DNA of 62,832 nucleotides, counting the filler, from Basidiobolus ranarum (Eukaryota): NCBI GenBank assembly GCA_040143965.1. It is 28 parts of 28 records of this genome, joined end to end, with 100 filler letters (N's around TTAATTAATTAA, not from the genome) between each part and the next. Parts side by side here need not be neighbours in the genome. Positions count along the whole stretch, not along the records: positions 24,789 to 26,936 come from JASJQH010003712.1; positions 27,037 to 29,184 come from JASJQH010003713.1; positions 29,285 to 31,432 come from JASJQH010003714.1; positions 31,533 to 33,679 come from JASJQH010003715.1; positions 33,780 to 35,925 come from JASJQH010003716.1; positions 36,026 to 38,171 come from JASJQH010003717.1; 22 more parts are not named here. One strand, written 5' to 3'. The notes under the pieces are model-generated. The model was not told where the DNA came from. It searched no databases and saw only the letters and a program-made list of their open reading frames with translations. Within the stretch, counting starts at the first letter, position 1. Every line of letters begins with the position of its first letter. Below are positions 24,689 through 38,271 of this stretch, in pieces. A program made the translations under genes and the position numbers.

Positions 24689-27036
24689 NNNNNNNNNNNN
24701 NNNNNNNNNNNNNNNNNNNNNNNNNNNNNNNNTTAATTAATTAANNNNNNNNNNNNNNNNNNNNNNNNNNNNNNNNNNNNNNNNNNNNTTTAGCACATTT
24801 CGCGCCAATATCAGATATTAAATAAGTGATACTGCACTCGCGTTCCATCGTGGGCCAATAAAGTGCTGGAGCATTCTCATTCCACGATCCGGCTCTTGGT
24901 ACTATAGATTTATAGAGATAGGCTTTCAGAAATAATACTCTTTCTCTGTAATTGATTGGCGTTTCACCTTATCACCAAGTGAACGAACTCTTTGTCGATG
25001 GATACTCAGTATTGGCATCTTGGAAACATGAATACTGATTAGCTTTAAGCCTCAAGATTGATCGATAAGCCAGCACTCACTCGGTATTTGAGCGCTATCC
25101 ACAATATCTATCAAGTACACTGTACCTTCTAAATCTGGCACGAAAGCTTGAGGCTGTCACTTGCCTTGCTTGGATGAGCTTACATCATTTTGAGAATGAG
25201 CGTCACTAACTATTTCAGGGGATCAAGTAAGAAACATACAGTAATCTCAACTTCTTACTGTAACTACAGCCCTTGCAGCAAGGCATCCTTCGATTCCAAA
25301 TTATCATGGTGAGGCCAAGATATCATGCAATCAATTCCCTTATAAACTTTTAGTTGGAATATACATAGCAGGCTCAACAAAATCTGAAGTTTAATTAACT
25401 GGCGTAAAGTTCGTCATATTGTCTTCAAAGCATATTAAGAAGGGATATATATGTTATATTATAGAAGCTGTCGCTTTCACAGCTTGGTAAAAAAAATATT
25501 TTAAAAATGCACAGTATAGCAACCAAGTAAATATATATAGATATGAAGCAAATTTCAATTCAACTATTACTCAAACAAATTGTAACTTTTTAGCAGATAT
25601 TGAAGGAGTACAGTCCACCAGGTTACTGAAGTTGCTAATTTTGTAGTGTCACAACGCAATTTTACTTAAATCACAGAGTTTTGACTTGAAGTTCAATAGC
25701 TATGCCTGACGAAATAACATTATGATCTAAACTATGGCTACTCATGAAAGGTTGTATGTGTTTCATGATCTCAAACTACGTAAACAAAGTCAATACCGAT
25801 GGTAATTCACACCTTGCTGCCAAATATCTGCTCTTCCTCTCGTGACTTACTGTCCGCTTTTTATTTTGCACCCATCCCAACTAGGTTAACCCGGATAGAT
25901 ACAACAACTGATGTGTTTTCTAAATGCATTTGAAAGTTCTGTGAGTATCTGGGAAGAATTGGAAGTGTTTAGGATAAATAGAAGAAATATGTGATTTGCA
26001 CTTATTTTTTTACTGAATTGAAACTAAGTATTTATACTTATTATAGAAAGTCACAAGTATGTGTTCCCAAGGTGTTCAGGAAGTTGGGGTTAAAGCATGG
26101 GGAGTTTTGGACGAGTTTGAAAAGTTTCTATCTTTTTGAACATCCAAAATATGTGCCAATTTTGACTTAAGAAATATTAACTAAATAAATATCAACTATG
26201 CTAAACAAGATGTATGGATAATTAGGTGCTTAATTTTAACATTTCAACAGAAGATCGTAGGGAATGCCTATACAATAAGAAACTATTGACTTCAATATGA
26301 GAGACTTTGCCAATCTCAATATACTTTCTCTTATAATACAGGCATTTCATTAAATTAACCTATTAGTATGTTGATGCTGGACATCCAAGAACTGGGTATT
26401 CACCCAATTCTGTCCCTGGGCATGCTTGGAATATAGAAAAAAACCCGGTTTAGGTCTGGCGTTTAATGAGTTATGTGCAACTTTGAGGCTTGCAAGAACG
26501 AATAAATAACGCAAAAGATAAAGCATCACCAAAAACCTTAACAGATCTGATTTATAAACTTTGGCATACTTCAAAACTCAAGCATCACAGATCTCATAAT
26601 TTCCTGTCGATTTCTAATACATTGCTTTTCTGGGATTCTGATACTTTCTTCATCTAATTTTGGAAATACTAGATCAATAGAAAGATGGATAGACGAGATC
26701 AACCGCAATCTTACACAGTAATCTTAATACAGTAGCTGCGGATTCTTCTTGGATATATTACTGCTGTATATAGAAGGCGAGCAAAGGTGTGTGAACTTTA
26801 TCTCGACCGTAGAGTACCTCACCAGAGCTCTCGAATTTAATGACCGTGTACAGTTTCATATTTCAAAATGGGCTTGTAACACAGCAACGGAGAATATAAA
26901 ATTCCTATTAGCCCGCCTAATCGTCTTCACTGGATTNNNNNNNNNNNNNNNNNNNNNNNNNNNNNNNNNNNNNNNNNNNNTTAATTAATTAANNNNNNNN
27001 NNNNNNNNNNNNNNNNNNNNNNNNNNNNNNNNNNNN

Positions 27037-27744
27037 ACTACAGAAGCAGAGTATATGGCTGCCTCTGCTACTACACAAGAAGCTATGTGGTTAAGGAAGT
27101 TATTTACAGACTTAGGATACATGCAAAAACGTGCTATTACTGTATTTCAAGATAATCAAAGTTGTATTTCATTAGCTAAAAACCGTACATTTCATGCTAG
27201 AACAAAACATATAGATATTAAGCAGCATTTTGTTAGAGAAGCAATAGAGAATGATATAATTAAGCTTGTCTATTGCCCTACTGAAGAAATGATAGCTGAT
27301 ATCTTAACTAAACCTTTAGCTAAAGCACAATTTGAATTATTAAGATATAGGTTAGGTTTAAGAGAAATACAAAATAATTAGTTGAGTGGGAGTGTTGAAA
27401 TTAGGTAAATAGCAACTCATTATTTAGTAGTTAGTTCATTCATATTCTGATTATTTAGCACTCAATTCTGTCGTTCAAAAATGTGTGTTTATTGCTCTAA
27501 TTGATAGGAATATCAATTAGATCGCTTTTACCAATTTTCACTTTTTTCTCAAAACTTCTCCAAATAACCTCAAATTGTCACCCATGCTTAACAGGCATGT
27601 TTGTTATGATCTAAGCATGTCCAATAGTCCTATTTAATAGTACACTATAAATAGGACATATTCAATTCAATAAAACTTAAGTGTCTAATTCACATATCCA
27701 AAACTTGTCCAAAACACTTCCAAATCCCCTAAACACTTTTATCA
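27037..27744 (+). mobile_element. Copia RNase H end, PPT (GAGTGGGAG) and complete 3' LTR-B (27393-27744)
   Basis: TTEAEYMAA..QEAMWLRKL..DNQSCI..FHARTKHIDIKQHFVRE..EEMIADILTKPL. Confidence 0.93.
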
Positions 27745-28380
27745 CAAGTCTAGTATGGCAGTTCTCCAAGACCAGTCATTTTGAATTTGGTAGATATACT
27801 GGATTAGGTTTTTCCCAAGTCTTCAAGTCATTGGTTGCTATAATAAGGTCATTTACATAGAAGGCTAACTAAGCTAATTTGTCTTATCTGGCCTGAAGTA
27901 GATAATTTAGTTGGCATTACTTTTTTGGAATTTGAGTCTATCTTGCTATTCCAAGCTCTTGTAGATTGTTCAAGCCATAGGGTGTCTGTGGGAGTCTGTA
28001 AACTTTTTTAGTTTTTTCTGGGTTTAAAGATCCATCTGGCTGGTCATATATAGATCTCCTCAGCAAGCTCATGATTGAAAACAGCAGTTGTAACATCCAT
28101 TTGATATAAAATCAACTGATATTTAGCGCAAATAGCCAGAATCAATCCAGTTAACATAAACTTTGCTACATTAGCAAAAGTTTCTGTGTAGTCTATCCCT
28201 GGTGTTTGGGAATAGCCTTTGGCTACTAATCTAATCTTGTACCTTTCTATATTACCATCAGATTTGAATTTAACTTCAAACACCCATTGGCCACCAATTG
28301 ATTTCTTATCATTGGATATGTTACCTAAAATCCAAGTTTGATTATCAATCAAATCTTGGTACTCATCAGCCATTGAAGAT
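27745..28380 (-). mobile_element. Copia RT N-terminal remnant
   Basis: NQTWIL..WVFEVK..RYKIRLVAKGYSQTPGIDYTETFA..QMDVTTAVFNHELAEEIY. Confidence 0.9.
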
Positions 28381-28483
28381 CTACAAGATCTTGTGTGAGG
28401 GCCATTCAGGGCCTCTTTTAAATTTGGGGTTCATGTATTTGAGCTGTGCAGGCATAGGCCCAATTTTGGGACCCATTGATTTA

Positions 28484-29184
28484 CCCTAACAAAAATATAT
28501 TGATTTGATCCAGATTGGATCCACCTTCCAAAAGAGCAAAACTGTCAGAAAACCATCACAATATCAATGGATTGCATTCTGCCAGGGATTATGATGGTGT
28601 GAGAGCAGTTTCTTGACAGTATTCTGATGGTATTCTTACATGTTTTAATATCGATTCACAAATTTGGCATGCATAATGCAATATCCGGCAATTTTGCAAA
28701 ATATGACTTTTGAATGGCAAATTACTGGGTTTACTGCTGTAGCAATTTGAATAAGTATGCTTGCCTTTATTTAATATTTTAGGCTTTGTAGTCCAGCCAT
28801 AATGAGAATCAAAAAATACTAGAATCTTATGGTGTTTAGTCTCTACATATGCACCTACCTGCCTGATTAGACATAACTCAACAACATCAATATGCTTTAC
28901 CAGCAAACTAATGGTGGAAAAATTGCTAAACATCAGAAATTTTGTATATCATTGACACTTGGAAAGTAGCCAACTCTTGTTAGTGTTCACAATGAGAATA
29001 AGATCTTGGATTTTGGCAGGTTTCCGTAGAGAATTCAGCCAATATATCCCTGACTTTCAGTCAACAAATGTCCTGCCACAAGTAGATGTGTCATTGCTTG
29101 AATAGATTACCCCATGGCTAAAACAATAATACTGCATATCTCCATCTATCTCACCAAGAAGTCTGTCTTGCAGCTTTCCTAAAA
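28484..29184 (-). repeat. Unclassified repeat module 2, longest copy: one frame of about 233 codons with 4 stops
   Basis: LQDRLLGEIDGDMQYYCFSHGVIY...ELCLIRQVGAYVETKHHKILVFFDSHYGW...GGSNLDQINIFLLG; three of the four stops are TGA; ends at TTTTTGTTAGGG. Confidence 0.75.
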
Positions 29185-30700
29185 NNNNNNNNNNNNNNNN
29201 NNNNNNNNNNNNNNNNNNNNNNNNNNNNTTAATTAATTAANNNNNNNNNNNNNNNNNNNNNNNNNNNNNNNNNNNNNNNNNNNNAAGATACCACATACAG
29301 TTTCGAATCGATATGATGTAGATAAAGAGAGAGGCAGCACTAAAGTAGATGAAGGAACTTCTCCCGATGTGAGTAACGAATACTAAAGAGACGGAAACTA
29401 TGGTCATAGTTGCTATGAAAGCAGTGATATTTGAAGTATATCAAAGTAACAAACAAGCATTTATAATGACAATGATTCTTTAGTACCATATATATCTACC
29501 ACTCGCTTGCTTTAATAACAAAGAATGTCCAAATGGTTACATTGATCGCCATTCATGAAGTGGAGGAAATACTGCCAGAGTATTTCATTCTTTCGGATAC
29601 AGTTCAATTTTTCGAATAAGGTTCATTACTGTAAGAGCATTCCAATTGCTATTGTTCATGTCAAAAGTCTATTGATACATTTCCATCAACCATAGCACAC
29701 GGGCAAAATATTCGCACCTCAAGACCACTTAGCTTTGTTCCAAGTGGGATCGCCAGCAGTAGTTACTGTCTTTAGGTATCATATAAGCTACGAATAGTAT
29801 TTTTCGTTCCTTCTATATACATGCCACTTGGATCTTCACGTAACATTTGAGCTATTGGTTTTATTAATCTTGTGCATATCATCGATATTGGTAAAGCTGT
29901 GCAAAGTTTCAACAATTCGAAATGAGCTCCAAGAGTTACGGATTTGGGGAAACTCAAGGCTTCTCGATATGGGTGATACTGAAATAGTGTGAAATGTTAC
30001 GAAATCGGATTATCGGACAAAAAGCGATGGCAATTTTGGAGACCATAGAATGCCTCAATCAACTTAATATTTTATACACATATGGTGCATAAGCAAACCT
30101 TGACCTTCACCAAGTTTCACGTTCACATCTTTCCTACACGACCCGCAAACGCCAAAATAGTCAAAGAAAGGCACATACTTTCAGAATTACTGGTCAAATC
30201 ATTACTAAACTTTAGGGAGATAATTTACTACTAATATTCTTTCTTAGGTACAAGCAACATCAAACAAGTTATGTCACCATAATAAAGTCTTACTACCTAA
30301 AGCCAACTTAATGTATAGATCAAACAAGTAGTGCATATAAATTGAAGTATAAGCAACTAGCAATAAAGCAGGCCCTTTTATATTCTATTGATAGAACTAT
30401 GACAAAGAAATGTTGAAAAACGAGTTTTGTAGGTAAATACTTTTTATTTCATAATTTTTAGCATGCCATTTTATAGGCGAAAATCGTGACTGTTAAAATC
30501 GAAATCGGATGGGTGAAATTGGTGGCTTGTAACACCACAAATCGGAGCTCACTTTGTCTGAACATAAAAGTGCGATGGGCTCCAAAATGGCTTTCGACAC
30601 CCCACATCTTCCTGTGAAAAGATGGAGAACGGTTTGGTGGAACAAGTTTACGTGGCACTTTTGTGCCTTTGGAAATCCGATTCCTAACAGGAAAATATGA

Positions 30701-30772
30701 GCCTGCTTAGCGCAGTGGCAGCGCGTCAGTCTCGTAAACTGAAGGTCGCCAGTTCAATCCCGGCAGTAGGCA
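30701..30772 (+). tRNA. tRNA with CGT anticodon (Thr) on an elongator tRNA-Met-like body
   Basis: Cloverleaf: GCCTGCT/AGTAGGC acceptor, GCGC/GCGC D-stem, TCAGT-CT CGT AA-ACTGA, GCCAG-TTCAATC-CCGGC (one mismatch); followed by a T-run terminator. Confidence 0.88.
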
Positions 30773-31633
30773 TCTTTTTTCAATAATAATGAAACGATTT
30801 ACTATGGCTCAGTTTGGAATATTCTGTGTAATCAAAATATTATGGGATTTACAAGACTATGCTACCAACTAATATAAAGCATTTACCCTTTTTTAACTTG
30901 AGAAAATACAACATTTTTATATACAAACATCATAGAATATACACCCTGCTCTCTCTTTTCTTGGCTTCTATTGCTGATACTTTGAGTATCAAAAATACTG
31001 ACCTAGAATGGCCTTACCGGTATTGGCTGAATAGGCAACCAAAATCTCCTCCCTGGTATTGGGAATCGAAGTTTTGGAGGTGCGTGTATGACCTCGAAGA
31101 ACTCGATTGGATCAACATAGTGAACCAAAAGTAGTAGCGAATTATTTACATTTTGTGAAGTTATTTACATGTCGCATGAACCACTTATTTGATCCTCTTG
31201 AATGGTGTGAAGCAGGAAATTTGTGTTCACGAACTCGTACACCGGGAAGGATACCAGGCCAGGTATATTCTATGAATGCAATAACGGTATATTTCTACCT
31301 GAGTTAATCGAAGCAAATATTGTTGATACAACACTGTAAACCTGGCAGTTTATAAGGGGCACAATGTAGAATAAAAGGAATTCAAGACAGTATGGATGGG
31401 GCTTATAGGTCAGGAATTAGTAGCACTAGTTANNNNNNNNNNNNNNNNNNNNNNNNNNNNNNNNNNNNNNNNNNNNTTAATTAATTAANNNNNNNNNNNN
31501 NNNNNNNNNNNNNNNNNNNNNNNNNNNNNNNNCAACTTTTATTGTTAGCATATTATGCTACATTGACTTATTTGTTTGATAATAGTTTATCTAGTTATTA
31601 AATAAATATTACACCCTGTGGTGTTTATCATCC

Positions 31634-31651
31634 CCCTAACCCTAACCCTAA
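31634..31651 (+). repeat. Interstitial telomeric repeat (CCCTAA)3
   Basis: CCCTAACCCTAACCCTAA between a LINE 3' end and a 5'-truncated RT. Confidence 0.85.
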
Positions 31652-32717
31652 GTGCTAAGTTGTCTACTTTTTATAATCTTCCTCAATGATTTTCCTTAGC
31701 TATCTCCTGGACCCTTGCTTACTTTATGTGCTAATGATATTGGAGTTTCTACATCTCATCCTCAGCAGGATACTGCTACTGTTCAGAGGTATCTATCAGA
31801 AAGTAGTTTGGTGCTTTCTATTGCCAAAACAATTCCTCTTGGTTGTACTATTACCTTGTATAATACTGAGCCTCCTCAAATGAACCATGCAACCTATCTA
31901 GGCTTTCTACTTACTCAAACTGGCATTGATGTGAAGAAACACCTGTCAATTAGAATTGCCTTGGCTAAACAGGCTGTTGACAAGTTACTTGCAGTTACAC
32001 CTCCCAGTACATCTTATCATGGCTGCCAAAGACTTCTCAAGCAGTTTGTGAAACCAGTTCTGGAATATGGAGTACATCTGCTCACAATTAACCAGAGGGA
32101 CTATTCCTAGCTTGATAGATTCATCAGCTACTACCTGAGGCCTCTGACACCAGACTTGCCTGAGACTTCCTATGATCATGCTTTATATAGAACATTTGGA
32201 TTCTTTCCATATCATATCACAGTAGTGCTCCTGAGTGCTAGATTTTGTCTCCAATTAAATGACTGTCAAAATCCACTGGTTAAGAAGTGGCTAGCCACAC
32301 CATCTTTAAGTCCACTATCCTGCTGGAAGCTGATACAAGATGACTCTCTTGTTTCTGAACTAGCTGTACAACTACATGAAATGAAACAGCCTAAATTTGT
32401 TGCTATAGACTTCCAGCTAGACCTTCAGAAGCAATATCTTGCCTCCAAGACACCTTTTTTGATCCACATTATTCCATGTTTTTGTCCTATTGTCAATTTG
32501 GTTTGTACTGAGTATCTTCCTTTCTGCTTACCACCTGTGCCCCTTAGCACTATATTTACATCCTTAGAACTGGATTACATTGGTCATCAAGTTAAGTATA
32601 GATATGATCCAGTTTTATCACAATATCTTAGAAGATTGATGTCTTGATTATCATTGTTTATATATTTGTATATAGACTAAATGAAGTCCACTACACCTGG
32701 TGCTTTTCATCCCCCCT
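31652..32717 (+). mobile_element. 5'-truncated, decayed non-LTR retrotransposon (RT C-terminal half plus 3' UTR)
   Basis: One frame from 31652: VLSCLLFIIFLND..LTLCANDI (degenerate YADD)..TYLGF..HLSIRIALA..LLKQFVKPVLEYG; ends GGTGCTTTTCATCCCCCCT with no poly(A). Confidence 0.85.
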
Positions 32718-35399
32718 ATCCTATAAGCATTGTTACTATGTACAGATGTGAATTCACAAGTAGCAAGTGAGTAAATTACTAATTAAATCAGAGACTGGTG
32801 AAGATTGGGTGCAGGAATCAAATTTTGGTCTGTCATTGAATAATAAATATCTTGCTGATTAGAATGCGAAAGAATTGGAATGATTAAAACAACTTCCTCA
32901 CTGATTGATATGGGGATAAGAAATGACATATGATTATAGTTAAACCATTAGAGCAAGACCATGAGAGAAGAGCAAAAAGACTTTACCAATAAGATTTTTC
33001 ACGGGTCTTATCTTCTAGGTTATAGTATTTGGGCAGGATAAACGAGCATAGGATGTGTCGTCCTGAAAAGTTGTGCGGTTGTACATATATATGTATCCTA
33101 TAGTGTCACCTATTTCATGAATATCAGTAGCAAACCCAAAATAGCTAGCAGTCTTCCTTCATTACACTAAGCCAAACTGAGATAGCATAAGTTCGATGAT
33201 TGGGGAAGTGCATCTTCTCTCTTAAAATATCCCCATTTACTAATACGAACCTAAAGAAGTAATAATACATCATCGAGTTGTACTACTAACTGTACTTCAG
33301 ATGTACAACCATCTTCCAATACATGGTTTGTTTAATCTACAAGGTGTCTCCATGTTTTAGTAGATTTCAAGCGATCCTTGAGAATTTAGGTATTGAGCGG
33401 ATCTTTGAGCGGGTCTGAATTTTGGAAAATGGCTTTTGTTATTATTTGTTGCATGGCTAGGAATGCAAGTAATGATGTGTACACTACGCAGTAATATTCA
33501 CTATTAGCTGACATTAAACAGCGATTTATTTGACAGTTTGGAGCATGAGAATATAGCAAAAATCTTTTCGAAACTATCATTTTATCAACCTAATGAGTTG
33601 CTTCAAAGCGCTTGGCTAACTAACCCTAATCGCGGCATTGAATAAGGGAGCATGATTTGCAGTTGGTGTAGTTCATCCANNNNNNNNNNNNNNNNNNNNN
33701 NNNNNNNNNNNNNNNNNNNNNNNTTAATTAATTAANNNNNNNNNNNNNNNNNNNNNNNNNNNNNNNNNNNNNNNNNNNNTACCAAATAAGTATTCAGCAA
33801 CCCTGGAGATGGAATCTTTAAACCTGCACCCTTGATAGCTTGAGTACTTCGGTCAGGCTATTACAATATGTTGGTGAGGGAAAAATCGAAAATCATTATT
33901 TGTTATTTTGTGTCATATAGAACTGTCTGAACCCTCTGAACACAAAATGAGCGTGTATGCACTCAATCTGCTCTAAAAGGTCCAAGTTAATCTTTTGTAC
34001 GGGAATCACACAACTTTCATAGGTAATCGCAAAGGTCGTGTACTTTATGTACAAATGTAGATAACTTCACCATCCACGAAAATGGAATATTTATCGAAAA
34101 TGCGATGAAACATGATATTATGGGATCTCACTACCTGCAGTACGTTGTAGTATTATTAGACGCTAGAATATGAAAGCATCACTTCAGAGAAATATCAATA
34201 TACTCCACATTCCACCTCGAGAAAACCTGCTCTGTATGAGTGCACCCTATTTGCAATATCCAAGAGGCTTTATTGGAGTTCTCTTTATATATTATGGCAT
34301 GCACAACAAAATAATTCCAGACTTTACGAAATCGTATTTTATATTTTAACTCACATATACAACTTTCATTCTATGAATCCACCATATACACACTCGCAAT
34401 CACAGGGGTGTTGCACTCAATAGAAGCCAATTTTTTTTTCTTTAATCGACAGCATTTAAGCAGGGGAACCCTGAATTGGATTTTTTAGGAAAGTACTATA
34501 TATATCATGTGAGTTGTCATCATAATCCATACCGCTCCTAACAATATGGTAAGTCTTCTATCTATCTATCACCCGTCATTATTATGTACAATGATGATTG
34601 CTTTGCCGCCCCAGTCGGACTATCTTATCCATGGCGAGAATATAAGCAACAGCCAAAAATCTGAGCTAACATCAAAGTGATGCAAATACACCTTATATCA
34701 TCCGATATATTAATCCTTTCATCTTGTAGATTTTCTAGAGCTTACCACAGTATTTATGCCGAACTCCGAATAAGTGTTAATAACGTAAATAAAATGATTA
34801 AATCTACGGACTCGTGCCTACTTTTTCTCCAAATTTATGAAGTGTGTTTTTTAAGTTCAATGATCGTATTAGGTCAGTGCCGTAAGGTTAGCCTTGGATA
34901 CCGTGTTCATAGATTGAATAATAATGAAACAATGCTTTACTCGAAAGAATACCTCAAGTGACATTAGTTGCATGTACCATATAAAATTCATTGGTTGAAA
35001 TCTCAGAGCTATTCTATACCAAGTTTCTCACATCAATTTAGTATTACCTGCTTTTGTTTAACCATCTTACCATAAACAACTCTGCGTGTTGTATACGATA
35101 CTGGTCCATATATAGCGTTCATCAGTTCTCAAAACATAGGATTCAGTATAATTCAACATAGTAGGAGATATTTTTCCTTATTATTTGGAAACTAAGATAA
35201 TTTTCTTCTTCAGCTTGATCAAGATGCTCAAACCGCAGTGCAACTTATCAACTTGGCCATATTCTCCTTTATAAAACCGCTAGTGTAAAATGTCCCTTTT
35301 GCTGATAGATCAAAGAATGCGAGAAATAAATATAGGTTCAAGAGATATTCATCCTTAACAATTCACTCTCAGCAATCCATATAAGAAGTATATATCAGA

Positions 35400-35925
35400 A
35401 ATTAGGAAGAATTTCCATATATCAGTTTGCACTTATTCTTTTATTGAATAGTAAATAAGTATTTGTATTTTGCCACAAATAAATAAAAGTTACAAGTAAT
35501 GCATTTCTATTGGAAAATATGGGCTGCTTGGAGGAACTTTAGAAAAGTGGAGTTATGAATAGCTTTGCGAAATACTTATTTATTGTCCAGGTATAAAGCA
35601 TTTATACATTTTGGTAGAAATACAGAAAACAAACACTAGGGTTGTGTTCAGAACATCTGTGGGAGTAAAATGAGCTATCTTTGGGGCAATTTGGATGAGT
35701 TTGAAATTTCCATTATGAAATTGCTAATTCTCACATTATTCACATATCTATATAATATATGTTCTGATTTTCAGTTAAGTGATATTTGACCAATAGTAGC
35801 TAACCTGTTGGATAATTAATCTTTATTCAACATCATAGTTAACTTTAGTTATGATACATATATCAGAAACAGAAAGCAATGTCTCTATAGCCCCTATATT
35901 CTAAATAGGAATATCTCTATATCTA
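35400..35925. repeat. Nested LTR remnants (family D minus at about 35515-35800, family C plus from 35806)
   Basis: ATATGGGCTGCTTGGAGGAACTTTAGAAAAGTGGAG and TGTTGGATAATTAATC matches. Confidence 0.75.
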
Positions 35926-38271
35926 NNNNNNNNNNNNNNNNNNNNNNNNNNNNNNNNNNNNNNNNNNNNTTAATTAATTAANNNNNNNNNNNNNNNNNNN
36001 NNNNNNNNNNNNNNNNNNNNNNNNNCTTTAGATTTTCGATTTCATCCATCCATCCTTTTTTGGTCAGTCGACTAGTGATCAATTCATCCATTTACTCCAC
36101 TAGTGATTTTTGTCTACAAAATGTACTGTATTTGACCAAATTTAGTGAAGTACATATTATGCCTGCATAAAAGAAGAATTATGGTAATGCAGGGAAGTAA
36201 AAGTAACATGATATGACTACAAGTATACTTGCACAATAATATCAATGGACTTGATATGTATTATGACACAAAAGCATGGGATATTGAGAAATTACTTCTG
36301 CAATGACACAAAGAACCATGCTAGTCATGCTATCAAGCATATTTCAAAAAGTATTTTTTGCATTTTGAAATGTTACCATAGTAGTGTTTTATTCACCACA
36401 AGCACTGTCAAATGCATGTACCCAGACCACATCCATCTTGAAAAAATAACATGTATAAAAGAAAATAATACAGTATTAGTAATATCCTAATAATCTTAAT
36501 GTTGTAAGCAATTCATCTAGTCAAGATAAAGATGGTACAAAGTGAAACTGGAAGATACGTAATATCAAAATACTCCACAAAATCAGATAGGTGATTCAGA
36601 TGTACTAATCAGAGTAGTGACATGATGTAATTGAAACCCACCTCCCAAGACATTGTCCAGTTCTGTAGGAAAAAAATGGATAAAATCTAGAATGTCTTAA
36701 TGGTGACTGTCATTACACACAAAAAGTCAATGCACAACAGGATAATATAGATTACTGGTCATTCGGATTCACCCAAGCCTTAATGGGCAGTGTATATCAA
36801 TAAATCGATGGAGTAATCTACTCTTTTAATCAAGGTTAGTATCAATAATAGACCTGTTATGTATTCGAGTGCTTAGCAAGTCATAGATCAGAAATACTAG
36901 CACTGAGATTCCCTGCTTTCCAATGTTCAATGCTTTGCCATATGTTGACACTCTTAAGCAGAATCTGCACGCATCAACTATCTATGTCGCATACCCACTA
37001 TATAACACACGCACATTAGTTGAGCAAGTGGAATTGATACATCAGTGACAAAGAAAGAGTTTCTGACCGGTGAAGGAGAAGGCAGAGTGTTGCTTCATCA
37101 TCGGTAATTTATTCACATCAATATTTCAAGCGAGATCAACCAGATTCCCTTCACCTTATTCAGCGCATATCGGGTCCATACCCCAAAGTGAGAAACCAAG
37201 CCGAAATTCTAGTGGAAAATAAAGACATCAGGCCGACCTTGCTGCCTTCATCACTCTCATCAGTATTATCCTCCACTCCACGGGTCAGTTCACACTCGGT
37301 ACCGCAAGATAGATGTAAGTAATGTGCACCGGAGATATAGCAGTGGGCTGTTTGGGCTGTACAGCTCTTAAATGTGAAATGGCAATTTTGATCAAGACGA
37401 TTGAGCATAATAGGTCCTTAATAGAGAATTCAGTAAAGTATGTTGATATTCTCACAAATGCCCAAGAAACTGCTACCATGGACATATCACAGTATTAAAT
37501 ACATTACTATAAATAGTATATATAACTGTTATGATTGAGTACTTATTCTGATGTATCTTATTATTGCACTTCAACCGAATTACATGAGGTAGAATATATA
37601 TATTCATACAGTTGAGGATAATAATGTTTTGTCAACTGCAAAAATTAAGCAAATTCTCCTCTCCTTTACTTCTACTATTAAAGATACTGAAAGCTTGAAG
37701 AAAGCTTTAACCAAAGTTTGGGGGAAAATGACGAACGAGTTTGCTTCGGGATTAGTGGCAAGTATGGGGGAAAATGACGATCGAGACAGTCATAGACGCC
37801 AAGAGTGATGCAACAAAGTATTGAATTACAAGATTTTTTTATTTTCTAAAAATCAACATGTACAATTTGTTGTACAAAAAATGCTAGGAAGTTAGTCCAT
37901 GTTATTCATGAATAAGTTGAACATAAAAAGTGAGTGTTCATCATGTTTTTTTCTTTTGCAAGTTTTGGATGAAACATTACTAACCCCAACTGTATATATG
38001 TAGAGTGTGTGGTAATGTTAGTATCTTATCCAGTGTTTCTCCGGTCTGTTTATTTAAAGCAGATTATTCAATTTCTAATGTGCCAACAGTAACCAAATTG
38101 GAGTTGCCGAACTAGTTAGCCTAAAACTTACAACTCATGATTACTTGGATTAGGCAGTACTCCGAGAGGAANNNNNNNNNNNNNNNNNNNNNNNNNNNNN
38201 NNNNNNNNNNNNNNNTTAATTAATTAANNNNNNNNNNNNNNNNNNNNNNNNNNNNNNNNNNNNNNNNNNNN

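Noticed and set aside
28484-28525. Helitron-like 3' end (GATCCA-GAT-TGGATC hairpin near the terminus)
   Set aside because: The hairpin is imperfect in other copies, the ends are AGGG rather than CTRR followed by T, and no RepHel motifs were seen
28484-28900. Tyrosine-recombinase-like fragments (ELCLIRQVGAYV, SHILQ) and GFRISAAT at about 59600
   Set aside because: No consistent R-HxxR-Y set across copies, and GFRISAAT is in the frame that appears non-coding
29500-30060. Short ORF remnants (also 26350-26936, 30859-31307, 37160-37485, 42240-42661, 49911-50232)
   Set aside because: No recognisable motif, no second copy in the window and no convincing exon structure
33618-33630. TAACCCTAA telomere-like motif
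   Set aside because: About 1.5 units, expected by chance
37715-37790. Direct repeat GGGGGAAAATGACGA(A/T)CGAG twice
   Set aside because: Only two short copies with no associated feature
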